A stretch of DNA of 20,000 nucleotides, taken from IMG/VR virus record IMGVR_UViG_3300014680_000032; one strand, written 5' to 3'. Below the pieces are notes generated by a model that worked only from the letters and a program-made list of their open reading frames with translations, was not told the DNA's origin and searched no databases. Below are positions 16,317 to 20,000 of this stretch, piece by piece (positions within the stretch are counted from its first letter, which is position 1; each line of letters begins with the position of its first letter). Made by a program: the position numbers and the translations under genes. The stretch comes from an uncultured virus (IMG/VR IMGVR_UViG_3300014680_000032) (Duplodnaviria; Heunggongvirae; Uroviricota; Caudoviricetes).

Positions 16317-16411
16317 TGAAGATACTATTACTGAGCTTTCTTTTATGTGGTTGTACGGCACATACAATTAATAGCAATGTAAATGTCACTATTTGCGTTA
16401 AAGCGATTTAA
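16316..16411 (+). CDS. Unannotated 31-aa lipoprotein MKILLLSFLLCGCTAHTINSNVNVTICVKAI
   Basis: TAATG coupling to the endolysin stop, signal peptide with LCGC lipobox, ends exactly at the terminator. A diverged homologue lies at 18750-18818. Confidence 0.7.
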   Translation: MKILLLSFLLCGCTAHTINSNVNVTICVKAI

Positions 16412-16440
16412 AAAAAGCCCTGAATTTTCAGGGCTTTTTT
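16411..16440. terminator. Bidirectional intrinsic terminator
   Basis: AAAAAAGCCCTGAA-tt-TTCAGGGCTTTTTT. Confidence 0.9.
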
Positions 16441-16447
16441 CTATGCT

Positions 16448-16951
16448 CTACTTTAAATTGATGCACTGTAATTGACCTAAATAGTCCTTATCTGAACTAA
16501 GTCTTTTTAGGTAAAGTGGTTGATAAGATAAAGCACGTCTTGTACTTTCTTGGATGCTAGGCGGAGCTTTCTTTAAATCAATAAGTGTTGAGTATTTCTG
16601 AAGAAACTTATTCATAATACAAAGCCCATCTACTGCTTCTAACGAAATTTTTTTATTGGCATTAATATCATTTTCGAAGCTATCTTTATCTGTTTCATAA
16701 TTACCAATTAATGAGTCAACTTTACGAACCGTATAGATAAGAAGCTCGTTAGTCATCTCAGATTTGGTATTAATGGTGTTATAGGCTGTTATATATAATC
16801 TTCGAGATTGAGCTATATCATCTCCAATGGCCATAGTTCTTGAAGCAAGCGCCTTACTAATTTCAGCTTCTCGTTCCTTTACGCTTGAATTATCTGCATG
16901 GCTACAACCAACCATAGCTAAGCTAATTAAGAAAATAACTAAATTTTTCAT
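16448..16951 (-). CDS. Lipoprotein, putative immunity protein
   Basis: MKNLVIFLISLAMVGC lipobox. Last gene of the PAAR cassette, directly downstream of the putative effector. Confidence 0.6.
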   Translation of the reverse strand: MKNLVIFLISLAMVGCSHADNSSVKEREAEISKALASRTMAIGDDIAQSRRLYITAYNTINTKSEMTNELLIYTVRKVDSLIGNYETDKDSFENDINANKKISLEAVDGLCIMNKFLQKYSTLIDLKKAPPSIQESTRRALSYQPLYLKRLSSDKDYLGQLQCINLK

Positions 16952-16957
16952 AAAATA

Positions 16958-17668
16958 TTACCAATTTTTCGAGTTAAGTATTTCATTTTCTTCAGAAGTT
17001 GGTACTTGATAGCCATATTCGGTTCTGCAGAGTTCGTATGCCTGTCTATTCCACTTTTTCTTAAAAATCATTTGATATAATCTGTGCCCTATCATTATAG
17101 GACCTCTATTGTTTCGGTTATTTGTTGCCAAAGCAGTGTATCTGCCTTGATCAAAAATTCCATATCCTGCTGGGGTCAATTCAATAATATCTTCTAAGTT
17201 CTTATAGTGAGCAGCTACCCTGATTTTGAAGCTATCTTTCAAAAGCTCTGTGGCAGCAGTAAGAGCCTTATCAGTTGCAATTCTATATAAGTAGGTAGCA
17301 AACCTTAGATACATCATTGTATGAAAATACTCAGTATAAATTAGGCCAGGAGTACCTTTTTCAATCTCTCTTAAATCAAATTCCATTCCAAACCGCAAAG
17401 CCATATCGTATTCAAAAGGCTGTCTATTTTTAATATGGTCCCAAAGATGTTGAGGAATACAAAAGGTGTAAGGAACAATTTTCTTTACTTTAATTAAGTT
17501 TTCCCATCCACTACAAGCAGTTAAATAACCATCATCTGCCCTACAAAGATTGATAGTTTCTTTTAAATTTACTCGATCTGCTGCATCAGCATTTATAGGT
17601 GTTTTATCATAATTTGAATGAAATATTAAACGACCTTCGTTATTACTTACTTTGTCAGTGCTACCCAT
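16958..17668 (-). CDS. Hypothetical protein, putative PAAR-delivered effector
   Basis: 236 aa, no signal peptide, lies between a PAAR gene and a lipoprotein gene. No family recognised. Confidence 0.5.
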   Translation of the reverse strand: MGSTDKVSNNEGRLIFHSNYDKTPINADAADRVNLKETINLCRADDGYLTACSGWENLIKVKKIVPYTFCIPQHLWDHIKNRQPFEYDMALRFGMEFDLREIEKGTPGLIYTEYFHTMMYLRFATYLYRIATDKALTAATELLKDSFKIRVAAHYKNLEDIIELTPAGYGIFDQGRYTALATNNRNNRGPIMIGHRLYQMIFKKKWNRQAYELCRTEYGYQVPTSEENEILNSKNW

Positions 17669-17678
17669 AAAATGTTTC

Positions 17679-18230
17679 TCATAATGGATCTAATGGCTTA
17701 GATAAATCGACAGTTATTAGTTGTACAGATTCAGGAGTATGTTCACTTTCATAAATGGCGGTCATCCCGTTTTTATCTGTATAGCCCTGTACTAATAATT
17801 TTCCAGATTCTTTACTATGAATTTCATATAGCATTGCTGAAAGAGGTTGATCCGTATCGACATCAACCAACTTGAACTGAACTTTATGAATTTCGTTGGA
17901 CTTATCTTCTACTAAGCTATTCTGAACAGGAGCAGCTGAAGAAGCAGCTGAAGAATAAGGACTACCAGAGTCTCCAACCACATGAAACTGCTGAGGCATA
18001 ATAGTTGCCCCGCATGAAAGCTTATCACCTACGTAAGCAACTGGCTTACCATCCATAATTACATGATCGTGACTTTTAATAACGACAGACCAGCATTTAC
18101 ACTTTGGGCACATATGCCCATCACCAGCACGAACAAACAAATTTCCTTCTTGCGATGTTCGTGATTGAGTCGCAGGAACCACTCCACCATGATTAGTGGG
18201 GGCCATATTTATGGCAAAACTTTTGGCCAT
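17679..18230 (-). CDS. PAAR domain protein with C-terminal transthyretin-like extension
   Basis: TNHGG..RAGDGHMCPKC..DGKPVAYVGDKLSCGATI, then an S/A linker, then VQFKLVD..QPL..YEI..QGYTDKNGMT. Confidence 0.85.
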   Translation of the reverse strand: MAKSFAINMAPTNHGGVVPATQSRTSQEGNLFVRAGDGHMCPKCKCWSVVIKSHDHVIMDGKPVAYVGDKLSCGATIMPQQFHVVGDSGSPYSSAASSAAPVQNSLVEDKSNEIHKVQFKLVDVDTDQPLSAMLYEIHSKESGKLLVQGYTDKNGMTAIYESEHTPESVQLITVDLSKPLDPL

Positions 18231-18247
18231 GCTTCACTCCTTAAAGT

Positions 18248-18676
18248 TTATTCATGACTAAGAAAGCCTTCAGGAAGGGTTTGATCTTTGTATATCCTCA
18301 CTGCAAATAAACTCACAGGAGTATCAATAATCTCATCTCCATTTTCTAACCGGCTTCCCACTAAAGCAGCTGACACACCATTGATCTTACAGGCTTGACC
18401 TGCACCAGAAATAATTTTAGAAGTAGTGCCATCGGCATATATAGCTTCATCACCTACACAGGCAATAGCAATACCATTAGCTTTGTAATTGTCATTTCCA
18501 GCTCTAACTAAGCCACCATTTCTGGTTTTTGCACCGTTCACAGCAAGATAATAAACAGTATGTGGTTTATGCTGAAAATAAAGCTGTTCTGCTGCGATAG
18601 TCTGAGCAATATCTTCTTCAGATAACTTTTGCAATTGATCTAGAGGCAATTCACTTAAAAATTTGGGTGAAGTCAT
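18248..18676 (-). CDS. PAAR-like domain protein (lacking the usual Zn ligands)
   Basis: GAKTRNGG..IACVGDEAIYADG..SKIISGAG..AALVGSRLENGDEII. Confidence 0.75.
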   Translation of the reverse strand: MTSPKFLSELPLDQLQKLSEEDIAQTIAAEQLYFQHKPHTVYYLAVNGAKTRNGGLVRAGNDNYKANGIAIACVGDEAIYADGTTSKIISGAGQACKINGVSAALVGSRLENGDEIIDTPVSLFAVRIYKDQTLPEGFLSHE

Positions 18677-18709
18677 ATTTAGCCGTCTTATTTTCGTAAA
18701 GTGGAAAAA

Positions 18710-18818
18710 ATGATAGCAAAGAGGGGTATACAGTGCTGTATAGTTTTATTTATTTGGATGCACAGCTCATATGATCGATAGCAGTGTTCATGTTGGAGTT
18801 TGTGTTAAGGCTCAGTAA
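18710..18818 (+). pseudogene. Frameshifted/decayed paralogue of the 31-aa lipoprotein
   Basis: 18750-18818 reads LFGCTAHMIDSSVHVGVCVKAQ*. There is an in-frame TAG at 18741, and the ATG at 18710 is one base out of frame. Confidence 0.6.
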
Positions 18819-19061
18819 AAGTTAACTAGTTAGCGACATTGAGAATAATTCTGCTTATAACATATTGGAAAAAATATTAATGATAAAACCCTTTTCTCTA
18901 AAAAAGTTGTATCTTTTTATAAAATTCTTAACTTGTATTTAAGGTTATAAGATACTGTTAATATTAAGTATACTAATTTTAAGTAAATAGGTCTGTTTCA
19001 TACCAGATACATGGAACATATTTAATCATGCTAATGTATTTCTTTTAGAGAGAATTAGACG

Positions 19062-19283
19062 ATGAATATTTTTATATCTGGCGTTTTGGATGGACAAATT
19101 TTACCTATAGAGGAATATAAAGCTGATATTTTCAAGATTTCAAACATTGATACTTTAGAATGTACTGAATATATGCGTAATGTCTTTGAGAAACACCATC
19201 TTACACATGTTTTTTGGATACCTGAAAGTCTAGATAGAAAATATGTTTATGAAAGAATTGCAGAGTATTTAGGTGATAAGTAA
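19062..19283 (+). CDS. Small hypothetical protein (73 aa)
   Basis: Intact ORF starting MNIFISGVLDG. A similar N-terminus recurs at 19456. Confidence 0.6.
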   Translation: MNIFISGVLDGQILPIEEYKADIFKISNIDTLECTEYMRNVFEKHHLTHVFWIPESLDRKYVYERIAEYLGDK

Positions 19284-19455
19284 GTTGATTTATTTGTGAA
19301 TTATAAAAAATTCATAGTTATTTAAATTATGTTAGCTAAGGATTTAAAAAAAAGAATGTAGGGTGTAATAGTTTTAGAGTTTATCAAAATTAAAATATTT
19401 CAGAGTTGAAGAATCTATATGTAATTGACATTTGATAATTTGAGTGGTGGTGATA

Positions 19456-19506
19456 TTGAAAATATGTATTGGTGGTGATTTGGATGGCGTGAAAATAGAT
19501 CTGAAT
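19456..19506 (+). pseudogene. 5' fragment of a small gene interrupted by the IS
   Basis: GGTG SD plus TTG start reads (M)KICIGGDLDGVKIDLN, resembles MNIFISGVLDGQILPIE, and runs straight into the IS end. Confidence 0.5.
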
Positions 19507-19914
19507 GGCTTTGTTGCACAAACCTATCTGTAAAGGCTTTTTCAGCGATATAATTTTCAAATGAAGAAGCCTACACACAAAANNNNNNNNNNNNNNNNNN
19601 NNNNNNNNNNNNNNNNNNNNNNNNNNNNNNNNNNNNNNNNNNNCATCCAATGCTGCTTAATGATTAAATCCTTATTCCGTCTATCTTTACGTATGGTCAC
19701 TGGCTTTGTGCAAAGTCTGATTAAACTTTGCGGATTAAATTGGACCGCACCAGATTACAGTACGCTTTGTAGAAGACAAAAGCATATTGATATTGCAATC
19801 AGCTACCAAAAAAGTAGCGATGGGCTGCATCTACTCGTAGACTCTACAGGCATGAAGTTTCTAGGTGAGGGCGAATGGAAACGCAAGAAACATGGAGCTG
19901 AATATCGTCGCCAA
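19507..19914 (+). mobile_element. Truncated IS5-family (IS903 group, ISAba-like) element
   Basis: Left end GGCTTTGTTGCACAAA at 19507. Transposase motifs PDYSTLCRRQK and LLVDSTGMKFLGEGEWKRKKHG. No right end is visible. Confidence 0.9.
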
Positions 19915-19917
19915 TAA
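19561..19917 (+). pseudogene. IS5-family transposase, C-terminally truncated and containing an N-gap
   Basis: Stops at YRRQ*, where IS903-group enzymes continue (WRKLH...), so only the first catalytic Asp region is present. Confidence 0.8.
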
Positions 19918-20000
19918 TGACGTATAAAGTTTTATCTAATTTTTCTTTTTATCCAATTTAAAATTAGGTGCGTACACGGCCTCAACTTTCAATAAAGTAT

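Noticed and set aside
188..17009. Other short alternative-frame or antisense ORFs (188, 331, 2475, 3597, 4064, 6888, 7042, 7725, 8418, 10632, 11452, 13480, 13859, 16827)
   Set aside because: They lie wholly or mostly inside well-supported genes and have no recognisable motifs.
19012..19017. Intergenic TGGAAC before the 73-aa gene
   Set aside because: No AnnnT at +30/31 (GAGAG there), and only 44 nt to the ATG, so it does not fit the geometry.
19390..19650. 86-aa minus-strand ORF
   Set aside because: It spans the N-gap and the IS boundary, so it is an artefact.
1..20000. CRISPR array, tRNA/rRNA, att site, DGR or invertible fibre segment
   Set aside because: No regularly spaced repeats, RNA gene signatures, integrase, reverse transcriptase or invertase were seen by eye.

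Overview
AT-rich window that looks like the late (morphogenesis and lysis) region of a P1-related temperate phage or phage-plasmid. The host is probably Acinetobacter, inferred from the ISAba-type IS5 end and the gene content. In order, it holds: the 3' part of a J-like tail fibre and a DUF4376-type fibre accessory gene; a portal-like gene; a DarA / DdrB-ParB / helicase-methyltransferase (DarB-like) anti-restriction cluster; an opposite-strand AT-rich PD-(D/E)xK-like cargo gene; probable baseplate or tail genes; a holin, a membrane-anchored TIGR02594-type endolysin and an unannotated 31-aa lipoprotein; an opposite-strand PAAR-PAAR-effector-lipoprotein cassette; and a truncated IS5. Signals outside the ORF track include a TGGAAC-N30-AnnnT motif before six transcription units, three of them with a hairpin linking the -10-like box to the ribosome-binding region. 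There is also a probable overprinted acidic gene inside the DarB-like ORF, and two diverged copies of the mini-lipoprotein bracketing the PAAR cassette. Two N-gaps (14214-14223, 19583-19643) limit local calls. All family calls come from motif recognition, not database searches.
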